From an uncultured virus (IMG/VR IMGVR_UViG_3300037189_019086) (taxonomy: Duplodnaviria; Heunggongvirae; Uroviricota; Caudoviricetes), in IMG/VR virus record IMGVR_UViG_3300037189_019086: 64,000 bases of DNA; one strand, given 5' to 3'. A program made the position numbers and the translations under genes. Shown one piece after another: positions 17,438-26,801 of the stretch (position 1 is its first letter; each line of letters begins with the position of its first letter). Below the pieces are notes generated by a model. The model worked only from the letters and a program-made list of their open reading frames with translations, was not told where the DNA came from and made no database searches.

Positions 17438-19600
17438 TCACTTGCTGTAGCAGACATCGAAGTCACCTTCAGCGTTCAGCGGAATGTCGTGGCACCACTC
17501 CAGCGGCGTCTTCATCACCTTGAGCATGAATGCCGTCGCGGCCGGGCCGAGCTTGGCCTTGACGTGCGCGCCGACCTCGTCATGCGTGGTCAGCACGACG
17601 CGGTGCTTCTGGTCGATCATGAGCATCTGCTTGGCGACGATGATCCGCGCCAGCGCCTGCACGATGTTCTCGCACAGCAGACCGCCATAGATCTTCTTGG
17701 TCTGGTCGCCGGACTGGTACGTCCACTCGTCCCAGCCTTTGTCGTTGAGGCGCTTCTTGAGGTTCGGGTACTTCAGCGCCATGCCGTTGGGCAGCCAGAT
17801 CGTGTTGGCCTCCCAACTGATCGGGCCGTGGCTACCGGTGCGACCGAACGCCATGTCTTCAATGATGCCCTTGCAGATTTCCCAGCCCGCAGCGATGCGG
17901 TGGTTCTTGCGGCGGTACGCATTGATGATGCGTTGGCACTGGTCCAGCGTGAAGAACACTGGCGGGCCGCCGAGCGCGCCCTTGGCCAGCGTGATCTGGA
18001 GCTTGGCTGCGCCCATCTGGAAACCCAGGCCCAGAACGCAGACCTTGCCAACGAAGCGCTCGGTCTTGTCCTCGGTCGTGATTTCGCGCCCATAGACCAG
18101 ATCGCCGAACTTGCAGTAGGCGTCGCGGTCGTTGCCGCGTGCGACGCCCTTGGACTTGTCCCAGGTGTCGGACGCACGGAACGCATCCATGAGGTCGTCC
18201 TGGCCCCAGAGCCAGCCGTTGACACGGGCCTCAATCTGGCCGGAGTCAACGACGCAGATGACGTGCGCCGCCTGGGCGATGATCGACTTGCGCAGCTCCC
18301 CACCACGGGTGAGGTTCTGCATGTTCATCTTGTTGTTGCCGCCCCAGCGCCCCGTGTGCGCCCGGTAGTAGGCGTAGCCCACAGGCAGGCGCATGCCGTT
18401 GGCGCCGGCGACCAGGAAACGCTGGGCGCGTGTGACGTTGGTCGTGGACTTGACAGCGAGCCGCGTATCCACCAGGGCGCGCAGTCGGGCTTGACGCTGA
18501 GCGAGCCGCTTCACGTCGGCCTTCTTGTTCAGGTTCAGGCCGGTGGACAGCTTCTCGACATCGTCAGGCAGGTTGATGAACTCGGCGTCGTCCTTGGCGA
18601 ACGCATACGCCCACTTGCCTTCGTCGGTGCGCTCAGCGCTGGGCTTCTTCATCCAGGCTGGGCTGATCTTGATGGGCGGCTCAACGCCCTCGTGCCGCAG
18701 CAGATCAGCGAACTTCTCGCTGCTGCCCACCACCTTCTTGGTGATTAGGATCGTGCGGGCTTCGCTGCCCTCGGGCGCCGCCAGCTTCTCGGCCTTGGTC
18801 AGTTTGACATCAGCCTCGTAGAGCGGTGCGTCGATCAGCGTGGTCAGCAGCCCGCGGCGGTGCTCCAGCTCGCGAGCCAGCTCAGCCTGCACACGCGGGA
18901 TGTCCACGCCCAGCACCGGGTCGCAGAACACGCGGCACGTGAGGTGAATCAAGTCCATCTCGTCACGCGGCATCTCGTCGACCATGAGCTTGAAGACCTC
19001 GTGCATCTCGTCCACGTCAACGCCGCAATACTCGGCGCCGGTCTCATAGATGCCCTCCTTGACCAGATCGACGTAGTGCTTGCCCTTCATGGCTTCGAGC
19101 GCGCCTTTGAGCTTGCCGCCGCGCCCATAGTGGACAGAGACCTCTTCCAGGCCGGCGCCAATCTCGTTGCTGTGCAGGCCGCGGGCCATGGACAGCGAGC
19201 AGTAGTAGCGCTTGGGCACCACGCCGTAGTGGTGGCTCAGGATGAAGCCGTCGAACTGCGTGTTGTGGCACAGCAGCGTGTGGGCCTTCCAGTCAATCGT
19301 CTTGAGGAATGCCTTGATCTTCGGGCCGGGGATCACCTTGCGCTTGCCGCGGCCGACCTTGACGCCCATCATCAGCGCCTCGAAGCGGGCGTCGCGGATG
19401 TACTCGCTGGTGCTGAGCTTGGTGAGCGTGTAGTCGTTGTCGTAGAACGTCTCGAAGTCGATGGACACGAGACGTGCCCAGTCGACAGCTTCGCGCTCGA
19501 ATGCCGGCCGGCCGGTGAACGCTGGCTTCGGTTGGGTGACAGGCGTCGGCGCGAGCTTCCTCGCTGCTGGCTTGGTGGCGTATGCAGATGCCCAGCTCAC
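17438..19600 (-). CDS. polA: DNA polymerase, family A, with 3'-5' exonuclease domain
   Basis: DFET (exo I), HNTQFD (exo II), HTGRWGG, NMQNL, DSGQIEAR (motif A), RFVGKVCVLGLGF (motif B), ENIVQA, HDE (motif C). Confidence 0.93.
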   Translation of the reverse strand: MSWASAYATKPAARKLAPTPVTQPKPAFTGRPAFEREAVDWARLVSIDFETFYDNDYTLTKLSTSEYIRDARFEALMMGVKVGRGKRKVIPGPKIKAFLKTIDWKAHTLLCHNTQFDGFILSHHYGVVPKRYYCSLSMARGLHSNEIGAGLEEVSVHYGRGGKLKGALEAMKGKHYVDLVKEGIYETGAEYCGVDVDEMHEVFKLMVDEMPRDEMDLIHLTCRVFCDPVLGVDIPRVQAELARELEHRRGLLTTLIDAPLYEADVKLTKAEKLAAPEGSEARTILITKKVVGSSEKFADLLRHEGVEPPIKISPAWMKKPSAERTDEGKWAYAFAKDDAEFINLPDDVEKLSTGLNLNKKADVKRLAQRQARLRALVDTRLAVKSTTNVTRAQRFLVAGANGMRLPVGYAYYRAHTGRWGGNNKMNMQNLTRGGELRKSIIAQAAHVICVVDSGQIEARVNGWLWGQDDLMDAFRASDTWDKSKGVARGNDRDAYCKFGDLVYGREITTEDKTERFVGKVCVLGLGFQMGAAKLQITLAKGALGGPPVFFTLDQCQRIINAYRRKNHRIAAGWEICKGIIEDMAFGRTGSHGPISWEANTIWLPNGMALKYPNLKKRLNDKGWDEWTYQSGDQTKKIYGGLLCENIVQALARIIVAKQMLMIDQKHRVVLTTHDEVGAHVKAKLGPAATAFMLKVMKTPLEWCHDIPLNAEGDFDVCYSK

Positions 19601-19836
19601 GGACGAACCTCGACGACGGTAGGGGTCATGGGAACGATGACGAAGCGGCCGGTGGGCTTCATCAGCACGGCGCGGGGGTACTTGCTCGGTCGCTGCTGTT
19701 CGGCGTAGTGCTTGTCGCCAGGGGACAACCCGTAGTAAGTCGTCATGCACTGCTCATCGACGGGCTTGTTGGCGGCGAGGATCGTCACCAGCATGCCTTC
19801 GGTGATCCACCCGACACGGTAGTTGGCGAGCTTCAT
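19597..19836 (-). CDS. Hypothetical protein
   Basis: 4-nt overlaps with both neighbours. Confidence 0.55.
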   Translation of the reverse strand: MKLANYRVGWITEGMLVTILAANKPVDEQCMTTYYGLSPGDKHYAEQQRPSKYPRAVLMKPTGRFVIVPMTPTVVEVRP

Positions 19837-20078
19837 GAGTTGAGCGCCCAGGTGAAACGCCGCGTGGCAATTTCTTCGGCCTTATCCAGCGCGAACGCAG
19901 CTTGTCCGGGGGACAAGACCACGGGCGTCTTCAGGTCGCCAGACCAGCACTGCGGGGCGAGCTTCTGAAAGTCTTGGGCGGAGACACAACGGCGAAGCAG
20001 ATCAGCTTCGACCGTGACTCCTTTATTCCCGCTGGCCTGGATCAGGGCGCGCAGCGTCTCGAAGTGGTGGTCGTTCAT
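19833..20078 (-). CDS. Hypothetical protein
   Basis: 4-nt overlaps with both neighbours. Confidence 0.55.
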   Translation of the reverse strand: MNDHHFETLRALIQASGNKGVTVEADLLRRCVSAQDFQKLAPQCWSGDLKTPVVLSPGQAAFALDKAEEIATRRFTWALNS

Positions 20079-20310
20079 TGATTCAACGCCCGGCAGAATT
20101 CGTTGATGAAGTTCTCTTCCATACGACTGAGAAGCTCACGGGCACTCGACAGCGGAATGGCAACAGCACCTTCCCCGGCACGCCGTTCGGAGAACTGGTA
20201 CCAACTTGCTGCAAGAGCGACGTCCGCTAAGAACTCCGGACTGGCGATGAACATGACCCCAGCACCGTCAAGGCGTTGCCGCATCTCTTCGATGAGCTTT
20301 GGGTCGACGT

Positions 20311-21705
20311 TCACTTCCAGTTCCCAAACAGGTCCAGCAGGTTGCCCATGCGTGCATCCTTGGCCATCAGGATGTCGTGGTACACGCGCTCTTCGATGCT
20401 GTCCTTGGCGAGGCACACGATGATTTCGGTCTTGCTCTTCTGGCCAATGCGGGCCTGCCGCCGGTTGCCCTGCTTGAACCACGACAGGTCGTAGGTCGGG
20501 CCGGTCCAGATGATTGAGTTGCCGGCCGTGAGCGTCAGGCCGTGGGCCGCGCTCTTGGGGTGTGCAAACAGCACGTCGTACACGCCGCGCTGGTACGCGT
20601 TGACGACGGTGATGCGCTCGGTGTCGGACGACTCGCCGTCGATGACGGCGTAGGTCATGCCGCGCTTCTCGGCTTCAGCAATCAGCGCGTCACGCTGGTG
20701 CTGCCAGAAGAAGAACACGAGCGGATGCTTGCGCTCAGCGGCCATGTCGATGATGGCCTCGTACCGCGCACTGTCAATGAGCTGGTACTTGCCGCCCTCG
20801 GTGTAGACCGCACCGCTGCAAATCTGGAGCAGCTTGGTTGCCACCGCGGCGGCGTTGACCGCAGTGAGCGACAGGTTCTTGCCCTGGAGCAACGGTAAGA
20901 GCTGAGTCAGCTCCATCGTCTCGTAGAGCTTGCGCTGCTTGGGCGTCAGCTCGTAGTCCACCGTGTACTGATGGGTGGCCGGGATGTCCACGCAGTCCTC
21001 GAACTTGTGACGCACCACGATGTCGCTGATCAGGCCGAACACGGCTTCCTCGGCACCGGGCTTGTCGTGCCACTTGACCGCATGCGCATTGGCGCCGACT
21101 TGCTCGGGCGTGCAGACGGTGCTGCGGAAGTTGAAGAACAGCGGGCCGAGCCGCTGGCCGCCGTCGAGCAACAGCACGAGGTGCCAGATGTCGCAGATGC
21201 CGTTGCTGGTCGGTGTGGCCGTCAGCACGGACTTGCGCTTGATGTGCTTGAGGCGCGACAGCCTGAGCGCCGCCCTGGCGCGCTGGCTGGTGTGGTGCTT
21301 GAACGCCTCGGCTTCATCGACGCACAGCTCGCTGAACTTGGCGAGCTGTGCCGGCTTGAGCGTCGTCAGCCACTTCACCGCGTCGTGGTTGGTGATGTAG
21401 ACGTCGGCGTCTTCGGCGAACGCAGCAGCGCGGTTGTCGGCCGTGGCCACTGAGACCTTCATGCCCGGGGCAAACTTGGCGAAGTCGTTGGCCCAGGCCG
21501 CGCGTAGCAGCGAGCGGGGCGCCAGCACCAGCAGGCAGCCGCCACCCTTGCGGCGGCGCTCGGCCCAGGCCCAGATGCGCACCGCTGTCTTGCCGGTGCC
21601 GGGGTCCGACATGTCGAACACGATGGGTGTGGTCTTGTCGTGCGCCAGACTGAGTGTCTGGTGCTTCATCGGCTTGATCGCCGCACGAGCGCGAGACTTG
21701 ATCAT
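20311..21705 (-). CDS. SNF2-like superfamily 2 helicase
   Basis: DPGTGKT, VDEAE, LTATP, HGLTLT, QGNRRQARIGQ. Confidence 0.9.
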   Translation of the reverse strand: MIKSRARAAIKPMKHQTLSLAHDKTTPIVFDMSDPGTGKTAVRIWAWAERRRKGGGCLLVLAPRSLLRAAWANDFAKFAPGMKVSVATADNRAAAFAEDADVYITNHDAVKWLTTLKPAQLAKFSELCVDEAEAFKHHTSQRARAALRLSRLKHIKRKSVLTATPTSNGICDIWHLVLLLDGGQRLGPLFFNFRSTVCTPEQVGANAHAVKWHDKPGAEEAVFGLISDIVVRHKFEDCVDIPATHQYTVDYELTPKQRKLYETMELTQLLPLLQGKNLSLTAVNAAAVATKLLQICSGAVYTEGGKYQLIDSARYEAIIDMAAERKHPLVFFFWQHQRDALIAEAEKRGMTYAVIDGESSDTERITVVNAYQRGVYDVLFAHPKSAAHGLTLTAGNSIIWTGPTYDLSWFKQGNRRQARIGQKSKTEIIVCLAKDSIEERVYHDILMAKDARMGNLLDLFGNWK

Positions 21706-21866
21706 TGCTTGCTGTGCTTGAAGAAACGATTGGCTGCCTTGATCAGCTTGAGGCCGAGGTACGTGAGCACTGCGCCAGCGATGGCCGCCATGACCATGAA
21801 GGGGAGGGCGACGGCAGTTGCCACCATGAAGAACCCACGCCAGAACTTCTTCTCAGTGGTGCTCAT
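21702..21866 (-). CDS. Small membrane protein (54 aa, below the ORF-track cutoff)
   Basis: MSTTEKKFWRGFFMVATAVALPFMVMAAIAGAVLTYLGL; stop overlaps the helicase ATG. Confidence 0.55.
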   Translation of the reverse strand: MSTTEKKFWRGFFMVATAVALPFMVMAAIAGAVLTYLGLKLIKAANRFFKHSKQ

Positions 21867-22112
21867 GGGCTTCGTGGGCATGAATCCGGTCCTCGCATTG
21901 CTTGATGAGCTTCATGAGCCCGCCGTTGGTGTTGATGTCCGCGTGCGTGTGGAAGCTGACGAAGAAACCCAGCACGAGGACGGCAGGGTCTTGGATGGGT
22001 TCGATGCCGGCGTCTAGCAGCGCCTTCACGTATTCCGTCAGGACTTCGAGGATGTCGACGAGAGGCGGCGGATCGGCAGTAGACGAGATGGCGACGACGA
22101 ACTCATCGACGG

Positions 22113-22940
22113 TCACACGCCCACCTTGCAATCGCCGCTGCTGCCCGGCTTGGTGCCGTAGCGGCACCACTGGCACGAGAACTTGTTCGGGTTCGGCTTG
22201 AAGTCGGTGCAGTCCGTGACGGCGGAGCCGCGGATGTCGAACGAGCGCTTGAAGCGCAGGCCCTGGTCACGGGTGAACGTCTTCTGTGTCAGCTCGTCCA
22301 CGTCGAGATACCACAGCTCGGTGTGGACCAGCTCCAGCTCGGGGTAGCGCAAGAACGTGCAGAGCTGGTACATCTGGAGCTGCTCGCCGTGCTTGATTTC
22401 GTTGCCCCACTTCTTGCCGGTCTTGTAGTCGATGACGACTGCCTCGGTCGGGCTGAGGTGGACGAGCGCGTCGAGCTTCAGACGCAGCCAGACGGGCAGC
22501 CAGTAGTACATGGTCTTGCCGACCTTGACGAGGTCGCCGGGGCGGCCACGTTCCGGCAGCTTCTTGGCGCTGACGAACGGCAGGCCCAAGTGCTCGGGGC
22601 CTTCGGCGACGCGCCACTCGCCATTCCAACTGCACGGGTTCCAGCCACGGTCCATGCCCCACTCGCCTTCGAGCGAGACAGCGCCGGCCTCGTAGAGGTC
22701 GCGCAGTTTGGCGGTCTCGGCGGCGAACTTCGCAGCTTCGGCCGGCATCGGCCCGTCGCCCTTCACATACAGCTCCATCTCGTTGTGGATGCGGCTGCCG
22801 CGGTCGTTCGCGTGCTCCGTTTTGCCGGGCGGCAGAGGCCGCTCGGGCTCGGGCACGCGCCGGTCGTGCTTGAGGTGCGCGTAAAACTTGCACTTCTCGA
22901 AGTCGACGAGGCGACTGGGGGACCAGGTGATGATGGCCAT
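22113..22940 (-). CDS. Cas4/AddB-like PD-(D/E)XK exonuclease with putative Fe-S cysteines
   Basis: WSPSRL..FEKC, RGSRIH, KLDA..IDYKTG, QLQMY, CQWC...C. Confidence 0.88.
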   Translation of the reverse strand: MAIITWSPSRLVDFEKCKFYAHLKHDRRVPEPERPLPPGKTEHANDRGSRIHNEMELYVKGDGPMPAEAAKFAAETAKLRDLYEAGAVSLEGEWGMDRGWNPCSWNGEWRVAEGPEHLGLPFVSAKKLPERGRPGDLVKVGKTMYYWLPVWLRLKLDALVHLSPTEAVVIDYKTGKKWGNEIKHGEQLQMYQLCTFLRYPELELVHTELWYLDVDELTQKTFTRDQGLRFKRSFDIRGSAVTDCTDFKPNPNKFSCQWCRYGTKPGSSGDCKVGV

Positions 22941-22966
22941 GGCTGAGCTTCAAAGTTGGATCGAAC

Positions 22967-23617
22967 TTAGATAATATCGCCGTCTTCGTCGAACTTGGTC
23001 TCGCCGTCGCGGAACTGCTCGGTGAGGGATTCGTCGCTGGTGAGGTACTCGTGTTCGGCTTCGAGCTGCTTGTAGATCCAGTTAGCAAACTCGCGCATGC
23101 AGGCGGTCAGCTCTTCCTCACCGACGAGAGCACAGTCCATGTACTGCCCGTCAGGCGCGGCGACCTGAACGTCAAGGCTCATCGTGCCGGAATGGCTGTA
23201 GCGCCCCAACGTGGTGATCGTGGCAGACACCGAGCCAATCTCTTCGTCCAGCGCCCAGCCCACGTTCAACACGGTCAGCCGTCGGGCGAGGTCGTGCAGG
23301 GTCTGGTCGCTGTCGCCGATGTGCGCGACAAGCGCGTCGTATGTGTCAGCACGTGGCCGGTACGTGCCCTCGAAGCTAGCGCCATCGCCTTGACTCCAGA
23401 ACCCGCTGAAGTGGATAGCCGGGCCGTGCTTGCCTTTCCTGTCGATGCTGATGCCAAGCAGCTCGGCTATGTGGACAGCGTCTTCGTAGACGTTGCTCCA
23501 CCAGTCGTCTTGCACCCACCAGTTGCGGTAGCGCTCTAGCGCATGCTCCTTCGCCTTCGGGTCGAGGTCGTCGAAGGTAAAACACTCAGCGACCGCGGCC
23601 GGCATGGCGTCAGCCAA
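22967..23617 (-). CDS. Conserved mobile-element protein (FSGFWSQGDGA family)
   Basis: FDDL...FSGFWSQGDGASF...IYKQLEAEHEYLTSDE...FDEDG. Confidence 0.7.
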   Translation of the reverse strand: MADAMPAAVAECFTFDDLDPKAKEHALERYRNWWVQDDWWSNVYEDAVHIAELLGISIDRKGKHGPAIHFSGFWSQGDGASFEGTYRPRADTYDALVAHIGDSDQTLHDLARRLTVLNVGWALDEEIGSVSATITTLGRYSHSGTMSLDVQVAAPDGQYMDCALVGEEELTACMREFANWIYKQLEAEHEYLTSDESLTEQFRDGETKFDEDGDII

Positions 23618-24008
23618 ACGCAGCGGCGATGCGCTCCAGCGCGGCTTTGCCGTCCGGCGCCATGATCAAGTCGTCCAGCGCGCTTTGGTAGATGCGGTCG
23701 GCCTCGGCACGGATGATGTCGGCCTGCGCTTCCCAGGCGGCGTGCGCCGCTTCGGCGGCGATCATGGCCTCGGACTTCGGGAAGTCGAAAAGGTTGCCCA
23801 CTTCGGTGTAGGTGTGGGTGTCGGCGACGTACTTCGACTTCAGCTTCGCCTCGCCCGAGCGAATCATGGCGGTCTTCTGTTCGTCGGTGTACTCGGGCGC
23901 CTTGGGCTCTTCGCCGAGCAGCGCCATCATGCGCTGCACGTACTTGGCACGGTGCTGTTCCAGACGCATCGTCGCGTGTTCGACTTGGGCTTTGCTGAGT
24001 GCGGGCAT
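23610..24008 (-). CDS. Hypothetical helical protein
   Basis: 132-aa ORF with good codon bias. Confidence 0.6.
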   Translation of the reverse strand: MPALSKAQVEHATMRLEQHRAKYVQRMMALLGEEPKAPEYTDEQKTAMIRSGEAKLKSKYVADTHTYTEVGNLFDFPKSEAMIAAEAAHAAWEAQADIIRAEADRIYQSALDDLIMAPDGKAALERIAAAFG

Positions 24009-24009
24009 G

Positions 24010-25128
24010 TCAGACTTCCACTTTCACGGTCTCGCCCCACGGGGCGATCTTGTTGTTGATGGTGCACCACAGGACCGGGTAATCCGGCGGCGCGGCGGGA
24101 AACGGACCTTCGAGGTCCGTCAGGTACACAAGGCACGAGGGCGTGATGCCCTGCTCTTCGAGCCACGCGAACGGCGGCCGGAAGTCCGTGCCGCCGCCGC
24201 CATGACACTTGACCTTGAACGGGTCATCAGGCCCGAGTTCATCGACGTGGTTGACCCGTGCGTCGCACGAGATGACCCAGGTCGTCTCAGGCGTGGCTGC
24301 GTCACGTGCGGCTGCGGTCTCGGCGCTGAATGCGTTGAGCACGCGCTGGCTGATGGAGCCGGAGTCGTCGGTGACGACCACCAGGGTCTGCATGCACTGG
24401 CTGTAGCGGCCGGGCAAGTAGATGCCCATCGCCGCGAACCGCTTGTTGGGCTTCATCCAGTCGAAGCCCTCGCGCGAGCGCTCGGTGATGAAGCGGCGCA
24501 GCAGCGTGCGCCAGTCCGCCTTGTTGTCGAGCAAATGCTCGACGAAGCGGGTCAGCGAGCCGGGCAGCTTGCCAGCCTTGGCGGCGCTGTTGGCAGCCTG
24601 GACGATGGCGACGGCCCACTCGCGGGCCTTGGCGGTCTGGGCGGCTTCGGTGCCCCCGCCGGGTGGAGGCGGCAGCATGGCGTCGAAGCTGCCTTTGCCG
24701 CCGGCACCGGCGCCATCCTCGGGCAGCAGCTCGTACACCTGATCGGCGTACATGCCAGCGTACTTCCCGTCGATGAGCCAACTGTCCGGCACGGTGAAGC
24801 CGGAGTCGCGCAGCAGCCAGTTGATGACGTAGTCGCAGGCGTGATTCCAGCGCTTCGGCTGGCGCACGCCCAGGCGGGCCATGTGCTGAAACATGCAGTG
24901 GCCGACTTCGTGAGCGACGCCGGACTGGCGGACGTTGTCGGAGTTCGTCAGCACCCAGTGCGGGTGGTAGAACAGCGACTCGCCGTCGGTGGCGAGCGTC
25001 GGCGGGTCGAGGTCTTCGCGCTCGACGAGCGGCAGCCGTAGAGCCAGCATGCCCCAGAAGGGCTGGGCCTTGAGCATGCTGAGCCGCGCCTTCATCATGG
25101 CGCGCTCAGCCTTGTTGTTTGGATTCAT
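24010..25128 (-). CDS. Metallopeptidase + vWA protein (DUF2201-like)
   Basis: ATDG, AHEVGH (HExxH), WNHACD, DDSGS MIDAS, GGGGTDF, YLTD. Confidence 0.88.
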   Translation of the reverse strand: MNPNNKAERAMMKARLSMLKAQPFWGMLALRLPLVEREDLDPPTLATDGESLFYHPHWVLTNSDNVRQSGVAHEVGHCMFQHMARLGVRQPKRWNHACDYVINWLLRDSGFTVPDSWLIDGKYAGMYADQVYELLPEDGAGAGGKGSFDAMLPPPPGGGTEAAQTAKAREWAVAIVQAANSAAKAGKLPGSLTRFVEHLLDNKADWRTLLRRFITERSREGFDWMKPNKRFAAMGIYLPGRYSQCMQTLVVVTDDSGSISQRVLNAFSAETAAARDAATPETTWVISCDARVNHVDELGPDDPFKVKCHGGGGTDFRPPFAWLEEQGITPSCLVYLTDLEGPFPAAPPDYPVLWCTINNKIAPWGETVKVEV

Positions 25129-25587
25129 GTGGTCTCCGGGTAGCCGTTCAGCTCGCAGTCAACGAGGAAGACAACGAGGCGCTCGTGATACGGCAGCGCT
25201 TCAGGTGGGAGCAGAGCAGGCTGGTCGATGAGGGCGGCCATCGATTCGTGGCCAGACCCCGGGTGAGCAAACCACGCCGTCTCGAACGCAACAGTTTCAG
25301 AATGGCCGTGGTCGGCTATCTCGTTGACCATGTGATGCACTGCTGCTCTATACGGCTTCGGGCCCACGTTCAGCTCCGACTGAGTTCCCAGGCGACAAGG
25401 TGAGCGATCAGGTACTCGCGGTAGGGCAAGGCTTCATTGCCGAGCGCCCACACCATTGATTCCCGCGATGTGCCGTCGTGGAACCACCAAGCCACCCTGA
25501 ACTTCTTGGCGGCCTCGCCGACGCCAGACGAGAACTGACGGTCGTACTCCATCTGACGCACGGCTTCATCGACCAGCTCGGGGCTCA

Positions 25588-26430
25588 TCACCAGTTCATG
25601 CGCGACAGGATGTCGTCGGCCTGATCAGCCACCTTGCGACGCAGGCCCTTGTCCTTCTTGAGCCGGTCGGTGGGCACCAGCAGCGCGTCGATGTCCAGGC
25701 CGAGCTGAGCCAGCACCGGGTCGTTGTTGATGTTGAGCGCCGGCAGCAGGCTCACGAAGTCGCGGGCGTTGCCCATGAGCGACTCGTAGATCTTGCCGTC
25801 CTTGTCGTTGCAGCGCTCGGAGATGCGCTTGACGACGTCCTTGGCGCGCTCGAAGCACTCGCGCACCATGCGCTGCTGACGCTGCTCGTAGTCGGCGGCG
25901 ATCTGGCGTTTGATCTGATCGACGTGCTCGGTGCTGAGCGACACGCGGAAGTCGTCGGCCGTGGCCAGCGGCATGACGCTGATCCTGAAGTCGAACTTGT
26001 CCCGCACCACCGACGCATCGGGGTAGTCCTGCGGGTCGTACATCTTGCCCAGCTCACGGCGGGCCTGCTGCACGTAGTCCGGGTAGTTGCGCACGAAGTC
26101 GAGCACGCAAGCCTCGAAGCGATTCTCCAGCGCGTCCATCTTGGCCTTGTACGTGGGGTACAGCGACGCGGGCATGATGCGGTCGTTGTTGTCGCCCCAG
26201 CCGAGCGTCATCGTGGCGTGCAGATCGCGAGCCTCGGAGACGACGCTCACGATGCCAGCCAGCGAGTCGCGTTGGAGCAAGCTCTTGTTGAAGTTGCCGG
26301 CGCCGTGCTTGGCGTCGTTCTGCGAGACGACGGCGCTGGTCACCTTCTTGTCGCGCTTGCGCGCCTGCCACTGGCTGATGTTCAGCGAGGCCAGCAGAGC
26401 GCGCTGGTGGATGGGCTTCTCGTCGGTCAT
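25588..26430 (-). CDS. DUF3150-like protein
   Basis: LNISQW..RK.D, TLGW, YDPQDYP, LNINNDP pattern; sits between MoxR and vWA genes. Confidence 0.6.
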   Translation of the reverse strand: MTDEKPIHQRALLASLNISQWQARKRDKKVTSAVVSQNDAKHGAGNFNKSLLQRDSLAGIVSVVSEARDLHATMTLGWGDNNDRIMPASLYPTYKAKMDALENRFEACVLDFVRNYPDYVQQARRELGKMYDPQDYPDASVVRDKFDFRISVMPLATADDFRVSLSTEHVDQIKRQIAADYEQRQQRMVRECFERAKDVVKRISERCNDKDGKIYESLMGNARDFVSLLPALNINNDPVLAQLGLDIDALLVPTDRLKKDKGLRRKVADQADDILSRMNW

Positions 26431-26432
26431 GG

Positions 26433-26801
26433 TCAGTCCTTGGTGAGTTCAGCGAAGACCCGCTCAGCGATGTACGCCGCATAGATGCCGCGCATCAGCG
26501 GCGACTTCGCTGCGGACTCGATGAACTTGTCCTTGCGGTAATGTGAGAGATGGTTGAAGCGCTGAAGCTGCGGGCTGCGGAGCTTGCGCAACGCAGCGCG
26601 CATCTGGCGATGACTGTTCTGCTGGTCGCGTATCGACGTGAAACCGTAGTCGATGCCCCAGCGGAGCCCGTCGAGATAGTCGCCGTGCCGGCTGAAGACG
26701 TATGCGTCGAACTGCTTCGCCCAGGCGCGTGGGGCACTATCAATCAGCTTGCATGCATGCTCCATCTTGATCCGCATCTCGACGGCGGTCAGGTCTTTCA
26801 C
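26433..26801 (-). CDS. Hypothetical protein
   Basis: Start overlaps the ATPase stop. Confidence 0.55.
   Translation of the reverse strand: MKDLTAVEMRIKMEHACKLIDSAPRAWAKQFDAYVFSRHGDYLDGLRWGIDYGFTSIRDQQNSHRQMRAALRKLRSPQLQRFNHLSHYRKDKFIESAAKSPLMRGIYAAYIAERVFAELTKD

Noticed and set aside
22113..22940. CRISPR-Cas locus
   Set aside because: Solo Cas4-like nuclease in a replication module; no array or other cas genes seen
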